Assembly: GCA_963718485.1 (NCBI GenBank)
Contig: CAVQZU010000130.1
Span: 115,035 to 179,034 of the forward strand
Length of the DNA: 64,000 nt
Reading direction: 5' to 3'
Source: an uncultured Acidobacteriota bacterium
GTDB lineage: Bacteria > Acidobacteriota > Terriglobia > Acidiferrales > UBA7541
Shown here: one piece after another, positions 37,041 to 46,420 of the stretch
Numbering within the stretch: position 1 is the first letter of the stretch
How the letters are laid out: each line of letters opens with the position of its first letter
Program-made: the position numbers and the translations under genes
The notes under the pieces: model-generated
Database searches by the model: none
Seen by the model: the letters and a program-made list of their open reading frames with translations, nothing else
What the model was told of the DNA's origin: nothing

Positions 37041-37221
37041 TGCTGCCTCGCCGCACCGACCCCATCTTATTCGCCTTTTGTTCGCCATGTCAAGAAATTT
37101 TATTCGCTTTATGTTCGCCTGGGAATCGCTGATTCCATTCTGGAAATCGCGGCCAGCCGTTTGCCTCCTCGGTTGGGCGCTCGCCGCTATACTGGAGGAC
37201 GATGTCGGCTGAGGACGGTCC

Positions 37222-37866
37222 GTGGCAGAAGTTGGGATCCTAGTCATCGATGACGATATCGCTACCCAACGCTCCCTGAAACTCGTGCTGGATTCCGAGG
37301 GCTGGCGCGTCCGGATCGTAGCGCACCCCTCCCATGCCTTGGCGGAGCTTGCTGCCAACACCTGGGATCTGGCGATCGTGAATACAGCCCTGCTGGACAT
37401 GCAGGGACCGGTGTTCCTCACGCTAAAGGAATTGGCCCAATCCGATGCCTCCCGCCTCGATTCCGCCGCCAGCCAGGGCGGCCAAGCTGCGCGCAAGCAC
37501 TTCCGCACGCTCTTTCTTGTCCCCCTGATGGGATCAAAGGACGTGCCATTGATTCTCGAGCGCGAAGGCCTGCCTTATTCGTTCAAGCCTTACCACCTGC
37601 ACGATTTTCTTCAAAAGGTTAGCGAACTGCTGCTTGAAAGCGGCGCCATCAGCGAACCCATCCGCAGCGTCGAGGGCTTTGCCAGCAAGAAACGGAGCCG
37701 CGATCTCGGTTCTTCCCGCGACTCCCAGGGCGGCAAAAAAATGTTCGCCTCGCGCGAGGATTACCAGATGACCGAAGAGGAGCTCGCTGAATTCGAGCGT
37801 CAGGAAAAAGAAGAGGACGAACGCAAGAAACGCGCCAGGCAAATCCTCAACCGCGAGCCGCTCTAG
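37222..37866 (+). CDS. Stand-alone pseudo-receiver domain protein with a charged C-terminal tail
   Basis: ILVIDDDIATQRSL... looks like a receiver fold, but the phospho-acceptor position reads DLAIVNTAL (Asn, not Asp). KP is retained (FKPYHLHDF). The C-terminus EEELAEFERQEKEEDERKKRARQ is highly charged. Confidence 0.6.
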   Translation: MAEVGILVIDDDIATQRSLKLVLDSEGWRVRIVAHPSHALAELAANTWDLAIVNTALLDMQGPVFLTLKELAQSDASRLDSAASQGGQAARKHFRTLFLVPLMGSKDVPLILEREGLPYSFKPYHLHDFLQKVSELLLESGAISEPIRSVEGFASKKRSRDLGSSRDSQGGKKMFASREDYQMTEEELAEFERQEKEEDERKKRARQILNREPL

Positions 37867-38352
37867 CTACGGGGTCACCCGCCACACTTTACTTCGATCT
37901 GCGGTGTCTTTGAGAAGTTGGCCGATCGTTTTCTGCCGGGTCGGGTGGAGGACTTGGGGCGCAATCTCCGCAAAAGGAACCAGCACGAACCGTCGATCGG
38001 TCATCCGCGGATGCGGAATCTCCACTTCAGCCGTATGCAGAATCATTGAATCAAACAACAATATGTCCATATCAATCGGGCGAGGCCCCTGTGGCAGGCG
38101 GCGCTCGCGGCCGAGCTCTCTCTCGATTTCAAGCAGTTCGCGCATCATTTGCGCGGGCTGCAAGCCCGTCTCTGTTTCCAGGATGCAGTTTAAAAACCAT
38201 CCTTGCTCTGTTACGCCCACAGGCTCTGTCTCATACAGCGATGAACGCCGGGTGACCCTTATATGGTGAGAAGCGAGTGCTTCGATTGCGCGCATAAGAT
38301 TCTGGGTGCGATCCCCCATATTGGAGCCGAGTGAAAGATAGACGGTCGCCAC
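37867..38352 (-). CDS. folK: 2-amino-4-hydroxy-6-hydroxymethyldihydropteridine diphosphokinase
   Basis: VYLSLGSNMGDR...SSLYETEPVG...PRPIDMDILLF...IPHPRMTDRRFVLVPFAEI. GTG start at 38352. Confidence 0.85.
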   Translation of the reverse strand: MATVYLSLGSNMGDRTQNLMRAIEALASHHIRVTRRSSLYETEPVGVTEQGWFLNCILETETGLQPAQMMRELLEIERELGRERRLPQGPRPIDMDILLFDSMILHTAEVEIPHPRMTDRRFVLVPFAEIAPQVLHPTRQKTIGQLLKDTADRSKVWRVTP

Positions 38353-38479
38353 AGAAACAAATTTATCCCAGAACGGAGGATCAGGGTTCGTTATTCCGAG
38401 TGAATTGCGTGAACCCCAGGCAGGAAGGAGGCGCTGGCCGCGAAAGCGCATTCCTGGACCAAGGCGCGGCAGGATTCGG

Positions 38480-39535
38480 CTAGCTAAAAAGACCCGATTG
38501 CCGTTTTGGCTCGTGCAAGCCGAACTGTTTGTAGGCCAGGCCGGTAGCCACGCGACCGCGCGGAGTTCGATCGAGAAGCCCCAGCTGCATCAAGTAAGGC
38601 TCGTAAATCTCTTCAATCGCATCTTCCTCTTCGCTCAGCGACGCTGCAATCGTACTCAGCCCCACCGGGCCACCCGAATATTTCTGGATAATGGTGAGCA
38701 ACAGGTTGCGGTCCACATCATCCAGGCCGTGCTCGTCGACACCGAGCATCGCCAGGGCGTCGCGCGCCACTCCGAGGGTGATATGACCCTTGGCGCGCAC
38801 CTCCGCGTAGTCCCGCACGCGCCGCAACAGACGATTTGCCACGCGCGGCGTTCCCCGGCTGCGACGAGCGATTTCGGACGCCCCCGCCTCGTCGGTGGTG
38901 ATGCCCAGAATCGTCGCCGAACGCTGCACGATTCGCAGTAAATCCTCGGGGCTGTAAAATTCGAGCCGATGCACGATCCCGAACCGCGAACGGAGCGGCG
39001 CCATGATCAGGCCGGCGCGTGTCGTCGCTCCAATCAAAGTAAAGGGATGCAACTGATAGGGGTGTACCCGCGCGCCGGGACCCTGTCCGATAATCAGATC
39101 GACCCGGAAATCCTCCATCGCCGGATACAGAATCTCCTCAAGTGCAGGCTGCAGCCGGTGAATCTCATCGAGGAAGAAAAAATCTCGCGGATCAAGCGAA
39201 GTAAGCACCGCCGTCAGATCGCCCTTTTTCTCAAGCAGCGGTCCCGAACTGACTTTGATCGCCGAGCCCATTTCATTGGCGAGAATTTGCGCCAGGGTGG
39301 TCTTGCCCAAGCCGGGCGGCCCGTAGAGCAGTACGTGGTCGAGCGCTTCGCCTCGCGCCCGCGCCGCCTCAACGGCAATTTGCAGGTTTTCCTTAACGCG
39401 GTCCTGCCCGATGTAATCGTCAAAGCTCGCCGGGCGAACGCTTGCCTCGATGCGCGCGTCTTCGTCAAAGGCCTTGCCCGAAACGATGCGATTGCGCGCG
39501 TCCTTCATTTCTCTGGTCACCGAATCTCCTTCCAA
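38480..39535 (-). CDS. ruvB: Holliday junction helicase RuvB
   Basis: LRP-type N-terminus ([12 protein letters not shown]), Walker [12 protein letters not shown], and FFLDEIHRL. The start is uncertain: TTG at 39535, GTG at 39520 or ATG at 39508. Confidence 0.95.
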   Translation of the reverse strand: MEGDSVTREMKDARNRIVSGKAFDEDARIEASVRPASFDDYIGQDRVKENLQIAVEAARARGEALDHVLLYGPPGLGKTTLAQILANEMGSAIKVSSGPLLEKKGDLTAVLTSLDPRDFFFLDEIHRLQPALEEILYPAMEDFRVDLIIGQGPGARVHPYQLHPFTLIGATTRAGLIMAPLRSRFGIVHRLEFYSPEDLLRIVQRSATILGITTDEAGASEIARRSRGTPRVANRLLRRVRDYAEVRAKGHITLGVARDALAMLGVDEHGLDDVDRNLLLTIIQKYSGGPVGLSTIAASLSEEEDAIEEIYEPYLMQLGLLDRTPRGRVATGLAYKQFGLHEPKRQSGLFS

Positions 39536-39559
39536 CCCCGGCCCCTGGCGCCGTGGTTT

Positions 39560-40183
39560 TTATTCGCTGGCGGCGCGCGCCCCCTTGGGCATGACCGAGT
39601 TCCCCAGGATTTGAAGCGCCGCGCGCAGCAGGCCTTCGAAGTTGCCGCCCTGCGCGCCGCGCGCCTTTTCCAGGGCCCTCTCAACCGAGCGCGCATCGTA
39701 TCCGAGGTTCACAAGCGCCGAGCTGACGTCGGATTCGAGCTGCGATACCGTCGTCGGCCTGCCAGGCTCGGCCACATCCACAACTGTCAATTTGTCGCGC
39801 AATTCCACTACGATCCGTTCCGCCGTTTTGCGGCCAACGCCGGGAATGCGTACCAGCTGCGCCAGATCGCCTTTGCGGATCGCAGGCACCAATTGTTCGA
39901 TGCTCATCCCCGAAAGAATCTTCAGGGCCAGCGAAGGCCCCACCCCGGAAGCTGAAATCAGCAGTTCGAAACACTGCTTTTCCCGTGCCGTAAGAAACCC
40001 ATAGAGAGAAAATTGATCCTCGCGGACGTGGGTATGGATCAAAAGCGTCGTTTCGGCGTGCAAGGTCCCCAATTCGGCAAATGTGGATAGCGGAATCAGC
40101 ACCTGATAACCCACACCCCCGACATCGAGCAGCACTTGGTTGGGACGCTTGTCACTGAGCTTGCCGCGGAGAGAACCAATCAT
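39560..40183 (-). CDS. ruvA: Holliday junction DNA-binding protein RuvA
   Basis: MIGSLRGKL...VGGVGYQV... and the HhH motifs LISASGVGPSLALKILS / LVRIPGVGRKTAERIV. Confidence 0.9.
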   Translation of the reverse strand: MIGSLRGKLSDKRPNQVLLDVGGVGYQVLIPLSTFAELGTLHAETTLLIHTHVREDQFSLYGFLTAREKQCFELLISASGVGPSLALKILSGMSIEQLVPAIRKGDLAQLVRIPGVGRKTAERIVVELRDKLTVVDVAEPGRPTTVSQLESDVSSALVNLGYDARSVERALEKARGAQGGNFEGLLRAALQILGNSVMPKGARAASE

Positions 40184-40256
40184 GTCGAGCGATTATTGAT
40201 TAGTGCCAGGAGCGTGTCAACGAACCGACCAGATCCGCGCCGGCGCCAAAGCGGGA

Positions 40257-41075
40257 CTACTGTCGGCGAGTCCGATCCTTCTGAACGGCCTCGTCAATCA
40301 GAGTGTCAAGTTCGCGGCGCGTTAGCGTCACCCGCTCGGTATCGCCGGCATCGGAGGTCACCGGCCCCTGCGAGCTCACGTTTGCCGCAGTCTGCGTGCC
40401 GTAGCGCGCTCGGGCGGCCAGCAACTTCTCGACGTCACCGCCAGAGAGCAGCACCTGTTTCCCAAGAAGTTCGGTCACCAAGGCCACGCGTGCGAAATGC
40501 TCGGTTGTCTCCATCCGAAAGAACGCGGTGAGAAGATCAGGACCATAGGTAACCACGCCGTGATTCGCCATCAGGATCGCGTCGTGCCCGTGCACCAGCG
40601 GTTCGATTGCCGCCGTCAATTCCGAAGTACCCGGCGTGCCATACCTCGCGACCGGAACGCAGCCCAGCGCCATCACCAGTTCGCAAAGCAGCGCCTTGTT
40701 GAGCGGAATACCCGCCGCGGCGTAACCGGTAGCCGTAGGAGGATGCGCATGGCATACCGCATTGATATCCGGTCGCAGCCGATAAATCAGCAGATGCATC
40801 TCCAGTTCGGATGAAGGATTCCGGCGGCCGCTCAATTTGTGCCCTTCCAGATCGACGATGACGACGTCTTCTTCGGCCATCGTGCCTTTGTTGACTCCGG
40901 TGGGAGAAGTGAGGATTCGGTGCGAATCCAAGCGAACGGAAATATTTCCGTCAGTCGCGACCACAAACCCGCGCTCGCGGAGCCATCGGCCGGCAGTGCA
41001 GATGTCGCGGCGGTGTTCTTCCTCGGTTTTCACAGCACCCGGGAATACGGAATCCGATTGCATGGCGCACTTCAT
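40257..41075 (-). CDS. Class II aldolase/adducin-family protein
   Basis: GNISVRL...LTSPTGVNKG...PSSELEMHLLIY...CHAHPPTATGYA...MANHGVVTYG. Confidence 0.8.
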   Translation of the reverse strand: MKCAMQSDSVFPGAVKTEEEHRRDICTAGRWLRERGFVVATDGNISVRLDSHRILTSPTGVNKGTMAEEDVVIVDLEGHKLSGRRNPSSELEMHLLIYRLRPDINAVCHAHPPTATGYAAAGIPLNKALLCELVMALGCVPVARYGTPGTSELTAAIEPLVHGHDAILMANHGVVTYGPDLLTAFFRMETTEHFARVALVTELLGKQVLLSGGDVEKLLAARARYGTQTAANVSSQGPVTSDAGDTERVTLTRRELDTLIDEAVQKDRTRRQ

Positions 41076-41101
41076 ATCCTAATACCGCAATCGATGTCAA
41101 C

Positions 41102-42370
41102 TTACGCGTAGAAGCCGCGCAGTTTTAGCGCGCGGGCCACTCGATCGATGGCGAGAATGTAGGCGGCGATACGGTTGTTGACATGATGGGTTTCCGCATA
41201 ATTAATCACCTGATCGAAACTCTGCTCCATTACGTCTTTGAGGCGCTCGTTCACTTCGCTCTCGCGCCAGAAAAAACCCTGGCGATCCTGCACCCACTCG
41301 AAATAGCTGACCGTGACGCCCCCGGCATTGCCCAGAATATCGGGAATGATGAAGATGTCCTTCTGCTCGATGATCGGGTCGGCATAAGCCGTCGTAGGAC
41401 CGTTCGCGCCTTCACAAAGGATGCGGCAGTTGAGCCGGTGAGCGTTCTCGCTGGTGATCTGGTTCTCGGTGGCAGCCGGAATGAGAACGTCGCAGGGCTG
41501 GAACAGGATTTCCGGCGCGCTCATTTTTACTCCGCCGGCAGGAAATTCCGGTAACGGCTTCTTTTGCGTGTAAACCCAGTCGTATAGCTTCGGGATATCG
41601 AACCCGTTTTCATTGTAAAGCCCACCGTCGATGTCCGCAACGCCGACAACCTTGTATCCCGACTCATGCATGAACAGCGATACCTGCGAGCCCACATTGC
41701 CGAAACCCTGAACGATTACCGTACAGTTCCGGCAATTCATTTTGAGTCTTTGAACGGCCCGGTTCGCGCAGATCATCAGCCCGCGCCCGGTGGCTTCCCT
41801 GCGCCCTTGCGAGCCGCCGAGATCGAGTGGTTTGCCGGTGACCACGGCCGTTGTCGCCTGGCCCACGTGCATCGCGTAGGTGTCCATCACCCAGGCCATA
41901 ACCTGCTCGTTCGTGCCGATATCCGGGGCCGGGATGTCGCGTTCCGGGCCCAGCCATGCACCCAATTCGGCCGTGTATCGCCTGGTTACGCGCTCCAGTT
42001 CGGTTTTCGAAAGCTTCGAGGGGTCGCAGACAACGCCGCCTTTGGCCCCGCCAAACGGGATGTTCACCACCGCGCACTTCCACGTCATCCAGGCAGCCAG
42101 CGCGCGCACTTCATCTAATGTCACGTTGGGCGCAAACCGGATGCCACCCTTGCCGGGACCCCGCACTGCGGAGTGCAGCACGCGGTAACCGATATAAACC
42201 TCCAGGTGGCCGCTATCGAGAGCCACTGGAACATACACCGTTATTTCCTTGCTGGGGTACTTCAGGTAGCGGTAAAGGCCGTCTTCGAGTTCCAATCTTT
42301 TTGCGGCGATTTCAAATCTTGCTTCCGCAGACTCATATACGTTCAATTCATTCTGTGCGGCAACGGGCAT
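41102..42370 (-). CDS. gdhA: Glutamate dehydrogenase (Glu/Leu/Phe/Val DH family)
   Basis: GPGKGGIRF, PFGGAKGGV, and the NAD(P) fold VQGFGNVG. The ATG at 42370 has a GGAGG RBS; the track start at 42439 is TTG. Confidence 0.9.
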   Translation of the reverse strand: MPVAAQNELNVYESAEARFEIAAKRLELEDGLYRYLKYPSKEITVYVPVALDSGHLEVYIGYRVLHSAVRGPGKGGIRFAPNVTLDEVRALAAWMTWKCAVVNIPFGGAKGGVVCDPSKLSKTELERVTRRYTAELGAWLGPERDIPAPDIGTNEQVMAWVMDTYAMHVGQATTAVVTGKPLDLGGSQGRREATGRGLMICANRAVQRLKMNCRNCTVIVQGFGNVGSQVSLFMHESGYKVVGVADIDGGLYNENGFDIPKLYDWVYTQKKPLPEFPAGGVKMSAPEILFQPCDVLIPAATENQITSENAHRLNCRILCEGANGPTTAYADPIIEQKDIFIIPDILGNAGGVTVSYFEWVQDRQGFFWRESEVNERLKDVMEQSFDQVINYAETHHVNNRIAAYILAIDRVARALKLRGFYA

Positions 42371-42477
42371 CGAACCTCCAGGCAGCGCGGGCGCGGGTCC
42401 TAATTCTCTGCGGGGGAAAAACTCCACGCTCAAATTCAAGTATACGAAGACGCGGGTCGGCGGAGCAACTTGACGAG

Positions 42478-43509
42478 CTATTTTCTGGGATGTCGTTTTA
42501 CGAATTTGTTAATCAGCAGGCGAGTCAGCCGGGCTTGATCGTGGCGCACAACGCCGCCTTCGAGCAGAAGGTCGCCGACGACGTAGCGCAGGTGCAGCTG
42601 ATCCAGCTCTTCGAAGGATGCATCGACCGGCTCGGCTCCCTCCTGCCGGTAGCGGCGGAGCACGCGGGGCGTTACTTGTTTGGTGTTGATCACCGCATAG
42701 TCGAACAGGCCGGGGCGGGTGTGGCGGTAAATCGCGCGCACGTGATCGGCCACCGAATAGTGCTGGGTCTCTCCCGGCTGCGTCATCAGGTTCGCAATGT
42801 ACACGCAAGTTGCCCGCGAGTTGGCAATCACATCGACGATTTCTTCCACCAGCAGATTGGGAACAATGCTCGTGTAAAGCGAGCCCGGCCCCACCAGTAT
42901 CAGGTCGGCGTCGCGCAGCGCCTTCAGCACTTCTGGTACCGGTCTCACTCGCCTGGGCACGAGGCGGACCCGATCGATCGGCTTGCGGGATCGCGAGATA
43001 TTCGTTTCCCCCGCAATCACCGTCCCATCCTCCAACTCCGCTTCGAGGGTGACATTCTGCGCCGTGGAGGGAAAGATTCGCCCGCGGATCGCCAGAACCT
43101 GTGAGGACACCCGGATAGCCCGCGAGAAATCTCCGGTGATGTTTGTGAGGGCGGTGAGAAACAGATTGCCAAAGCTATGGCCCGCCAGGCCCTTTCCTGT
43201 GGGAAAGCGATACTGAAAAAGCTCGCCGAGCAGATGTTCGTCCCGGGAAAGGGCGGCCATGCAGTTTCGGATGTCGCCCGGAGGAAGGACTCTATATTCC
43301 TTTCGCAATCGCCCGGAGCTGCCGCCATCGTCGGTGACCGTGACTACCGCGACGAGATCCGCGATCGGCCGTGCCGCGCCGTTCTTCTTCGGCTCGGCGA
43401 CAAATTCTCGGAGCCCGCGAAGCACCGAAGAGAGGCCGGTACCACCGCCGAGCGCAACAATCCGGGCCGCGCGAAATCGACGCTGCGAAGAAATTTTCAC
43501 AGGAGACAA
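42478..43509 (-). CDS. YvcK/CofD-like gluconeogenesis-factor family protein
   Basis: IVALGGGTGLSSVLRGLR...VTVTDDGGSSGRLR...GHSFGNLFL... Confidence 0.85.
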   Translation of the reverse strand: MSPVKISSQRRFRAARIVALGGGTGLSSVLRGLREFVAEPKKNGAARPIADLVAVVTVTDDGGSSGRLRKEYRVLPPGDIRNCMAALSRDEHLLGELFQYRFPTGKGLAGHSFGNLFLTALTNITGDFSRAIRVSSQVLAIRGRIFPSTAQNVTLEAELEDGTVIAGETNISRSRKPIDRVRLVPRRVRPVPEVLKALRDADLILVGPGSLYTSIVPNLLVEEIVDVIANSRATCVYIANLMTQPGETQHYSVADHVRAIYRHTRPGLFDYAVINTKQVTPRVLRRYRQEGAEPVDASFEELDQLHLRYVVGDLLLEGGVVRHDQARLTRLLINKFVKRHPRK

Positions 43510-43518
43510 CAGAGACTT

Positions 43519-44163
43519 CTATCCCGCTGAGCCTTCGCGTTCGGGGTAGAGCAGTTCGGTAAAACGCGGGTCTTCTTGCAGAAATGAAAAATCTTCGTCG
43601 TTTCGCGCGTGGTAGCGATTTTCCGGCCGCAGCTGAATCGCGATTTTCAGGTTTTCCATGGCCGAATCCGCCTCGCCTGTAAGACAATCCAGAGCCGCCA
43701 TGGCATAGACGACGTGATCGGCCTTGGGAGCAGCTTTGCGCGCGCGATCCAGGTGCTCGCGCGCTTCATCCCAGCGGCCCAGATTCATTAAGGCCACGCC
43801 CTGCGTGTAGTGGTCCTCTACGGTTTTGGCGGCGGGAGCCGGACCGCGCGATATTCTCTGGTCGCAGATGCGTATATGCACGAGCGCGCGGTCGCGAAGT
43901 TCCTTGCTGGGCCCTTCGAGTACCTTTTCGAGCGCTTGCTTGGCACGATGGAATTTTTGTTGCTGGAATTGCCCAAGCGCTTCTTCGTAGGACTTCAATT
44001 GTTCTTGTTTGGCAGGAGCTTCGGGATCGGGAGCTACCTTCATCTTGCTTTGCGCTGCTAAGCCCTTATTGACCAATGGTTTATGTCCAGTCTGAGAAGG
44101 TCGGGTGGCTCGGGCTGCTCGACGTTTCACGAGTGCACCTTGCGGATTGCGAAGCTGCAACAT
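43519..44163 (-). CDS. TPR-repeat protein
   Basis: Repeated 34-aa Ala/Tyr/Leu patterns (...YTQGVALMNLGRWDEAREHLDRA...AMAALDCLTGEADSAMENLKIAIQL...). Confidence 0.55.
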   Translation of the reverse strand: MLQLRNPQGALVKRRAARATRPSQTGHKPLVNKGLAAQSKMKVAPDPEAPAKQEQLKSYEEALGQFQQQKFHRAKQALEKVLEGPSKELRDRALVHIRICDQRISRGPAPAAKTVEDHYTQGVALMNLGRWDEAREHLDRARKAAPKADHVVYAMAALDCLTGEADSAMENLKIAIQLRPENRYHARNDEDFSFLQEDPRFTELLYPEREGSAG

Positions 44164-44188
44164 ATCAAACTACGCATCGTGCGTCAAT

Positions 44189-44208
44189 CAGGCTCAAGCA
44201 GGCTCAAG
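44189..44208. repeat. Perfect tandem 10-mer CAGGCTCAAG x2
   Basis: Read directly at 44189-44198 and 44199-44208, in the gap between the MBL hydrolase stop and the TPR gene start. Confidence 0.6.
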
Positions 44209-44287
44209 CGATCGATTCACTCGTGTGCCAAAATCGGGCCCGCCCGACCCCTTGCCTTACCCCTTTCGGGTCGCTCTGCTGGCCTGC

Positions 44288-45451
44288 CTAGGAACTGTGG
44301 CCGGGCGAAGACGAGTCATAATTCAGAATCTTGCCCGGTTTGCCCCACTCCGCATAGAACTGCTCGATCGTGCGTCCCACGCAGAAGCCCCACGAAAACA
44401 TCCGGAAATTCTTCCATTTCTCTGGAACCAGGTAACGATCGGCCGCCTCCTCGACGGGAACGCCACCTTTGAACATTTTTTGGGCCTGATCGGCAATGTC
44501 ATCAAAAACCGAGCGCATCAGGGCGACGCGGTCCTGGCCGCAGACCTGCCCGTGGCCCGGCACAAAGATTGTATCCTTATCAAAGGCGGCGAACTTGGCG
44601 AGGGTCGCGCGCCAGCGAGCGGGTATTCCGTCGATATTCGTGGGATACTGTGAATCCACGAGTAGATCGCCTGTAAACACGATATTTTGGTCCGGCACCC
44701 GGAAGATCAGGTCGGTATCGGTGTGACCGATGTAGGGCTCGATTACGACGCTACGGCCCCCGAGGTCGATCGTCGTGGGCATCTTCGCCGGATCGAGCGG
44801 GTGGCTTGGCAGCGCCAGCACCGACCGGCTGACCGGCTCAAACATGCCCGTCAACCCTTCGATATCACTTTTGGCGTGTTCGCGCTGGAGATCGGTTTTG
44901 GCTTCGAGCACGCGCTTCTGCCAAGGCGCCAGAAATGTCTCCAGGCTCTCGATTTGCCACGGCGGGTATTTTTCCATCATGCGCGACGCTGCTTTGGCGT
45001 GCGCCCAGATCGGCAGGCCCAGGCCGCCATAGTAGGAATTGCCCAAAGAATGGTCAAAGTGAAAATGCGTATTCATCGCCGCGCGGATCGGGACTTTGCT
45101 GACCATTCGGTAGGCTTCCACTTGAAACGCTGCGCCGATGGGTGTTTGGAAACCCTCGACTAAAAGCGCTGTGTCGCGGCCGATGATGAACCCCCCGTTT
45201 GATCGCGTCTGCAATCCCTTGGTGCGGTCGGAAATCGTGGCATATACGCCGTCACCGATTTTGCGGACCGAGGCGAACCCCCGGTCGGCAATCGGCTTCT
45301 CGGCCACTCGCTTATCCACCGCCAGAAATTCCGCAAGCCCGGGCAGAGGCAGCCAGTACGCAACGGCGCAGGCCGCGCTTACCCGAGAAGCGCCGTTCAG
45401 GAGATTGCGGCGTGAAAACAATTTTGCAGCACTTTTCATGGCGTCCTCCAA
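44288..45451 (-). CDS. Tat-exported MBL-fold metallo-hydrolase
   Basis: Twin-arginine leader SRRNLLNGASRVSAACAV and the metal motif NTHFHFDHSLGN (HxHxDH). Confidence 0.8.
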   Translation of the reverse strand: MEDAMKSAAKLFSRRNLLNGASRVSAACAVAYWLPLPGLAEFLAVDKRVAEKPIADRGFASVRKIGDGVYATISDRTKGLQTRSNGGFIIGRDTALLVEGFQTPIGAAFQVEAYRMVSKVPIRAAMNTHFHFDHSLGNSYYGGLGLPIWAHAKAASRMMEKYPPWQIESLETFLAPWQKRVLEAKTDLQREHAKSDIEGLTGMFEPVSRSVLALPSHPLDPAKMPTTIDLGGRSVVIEPYIGHTDTDLIFRVPDQNIVFTGDLLVDSQYPTNIDGIPARWRATLAKFAAFDKDTIFVPGHGQVCGQDRVALMRSVFDDIADQAQKMFKGGVPVEEAADRYLVPEKWKNFRMFSWGFCVGRTIEQFYAEWGKPGKILNYDSSSPGHSS

Positions 45452-45621
45452 CCAAAGGCGGAGCGATTGCGCGGCGCTATTCTACATACGGGAATCGCGG
45501 GCGCAAAGCAAACAGCTTGCGGAAAGATTTCCTGTTTTGAGGAGTCAGAAGCTTGGGCCGTGCGCCCGGGCTTTTGAGGAAGCTTTCAATAGGACGCCGA
45601 GGTCTCCAAGACCTAGCACGA

Positions 45622-46284
45622 TCAGCTGGAAATGCGGGCTTTCAACTTCACGCGGCCATCCTGAATGGTGACGCTGTATTCAACTTCCTGGCCGCCCTTG
45701 TCCTTGAGTTCCTGCGTCTTCTTGCGCACGAAGCGCTCAAACGCCTGCAGATTCGGAGCCGCGGCGCTCTCGCCCGATTCACTATGCGCTTCGACCAGTT
45801 TCTGGTAAAGCTTTGCGATTTTCCCTTTTTCCTGCTCCGGATTTGAAAACGAGAGCGCAAAAGAAGCCGCATCTTCCCGAGCTTGGGCCGCGCGCACAAG
45901 CGATTCATGGCCCAGCACGGCGGCCGATGAGTCGGCCGACTTGGCGTTAGCGTCGAGCCCGGCCTCCCGTGCCCTGGCGGCCTCAATGGCCTTTGCGGCA
46001 GAGCCAAAATGATGCTGTGCGGTGGCGCCCTCTTTTAGCATCGTTTTCTTCCGCCACATGTCGACGTACTTGGCATACGTTTGCGCAAGGTTATTGAAGC
46101 GGAATCGCTGCGCAAAACTCAACTCGGCGGTGCGCTCGTTGTAGCGCCGCATCAAACTTTCCACGCGCCACTGCGTGTCCGCGGGCGGGCGGGCACGTCC
46201 GCCACCGAAGAACTGCTCGTATTCGATCTTCAGCCTGCGTATATCCTTCTCGATTAGCCCCAGTTCGTCGTCAACGGTAGCCAT
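45622..46284 (-). CDS. Conserved hypothetical protein (resembles the MXAN_5187-type family)
   Basis: IEKDIRRLKIEYEQFFGGGRARPPADTQW...AQRFRFNNLAQTYAKYVDMWRK... The family assignment is from memory only. Confidence 0.5.
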   Translation of the reverse strand: MATVDDELGLIEKDIRRLKIEYEQFFGGGRARPPADTQWRVESLMRRYNERTAELSFAQRFRFNNLAQTYAKYVDMWRKKTMLKEGATAQHHFGSAAKAIEAARAREAGLDANAKSADSSAAVLGHESLVRAAQAREDAASFALSFSNPEQEKGKIAKLYQKLVEAHSESGESAAAPNLQAFERFVRKKTQELKDKGGQEVEYSVTIQDGRVKLKARISS

Positions 46285-46420
46285 GACTCGCCAGTTAATC
46301 CACCTGCTTCGAGCCTACGGGCGCCCTTCCCGCGCGTCAACTCGAGCGTTTGCGGCCTTGTCGCAAAGAGAAAGCCCAGCCGTTGCGGGCCTGGCATGCC
46401 TATGCTCAAATGGGGTCGCC

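Noticed and set aside
46392-46406. TGGCATgcctaTGCT upstream of selA as a sigma-54 promoter.
   Set aside because: The GC of the -12 element is one position out of register (GG-N9-GC). The site also ends only about 15 nt before the ATG.
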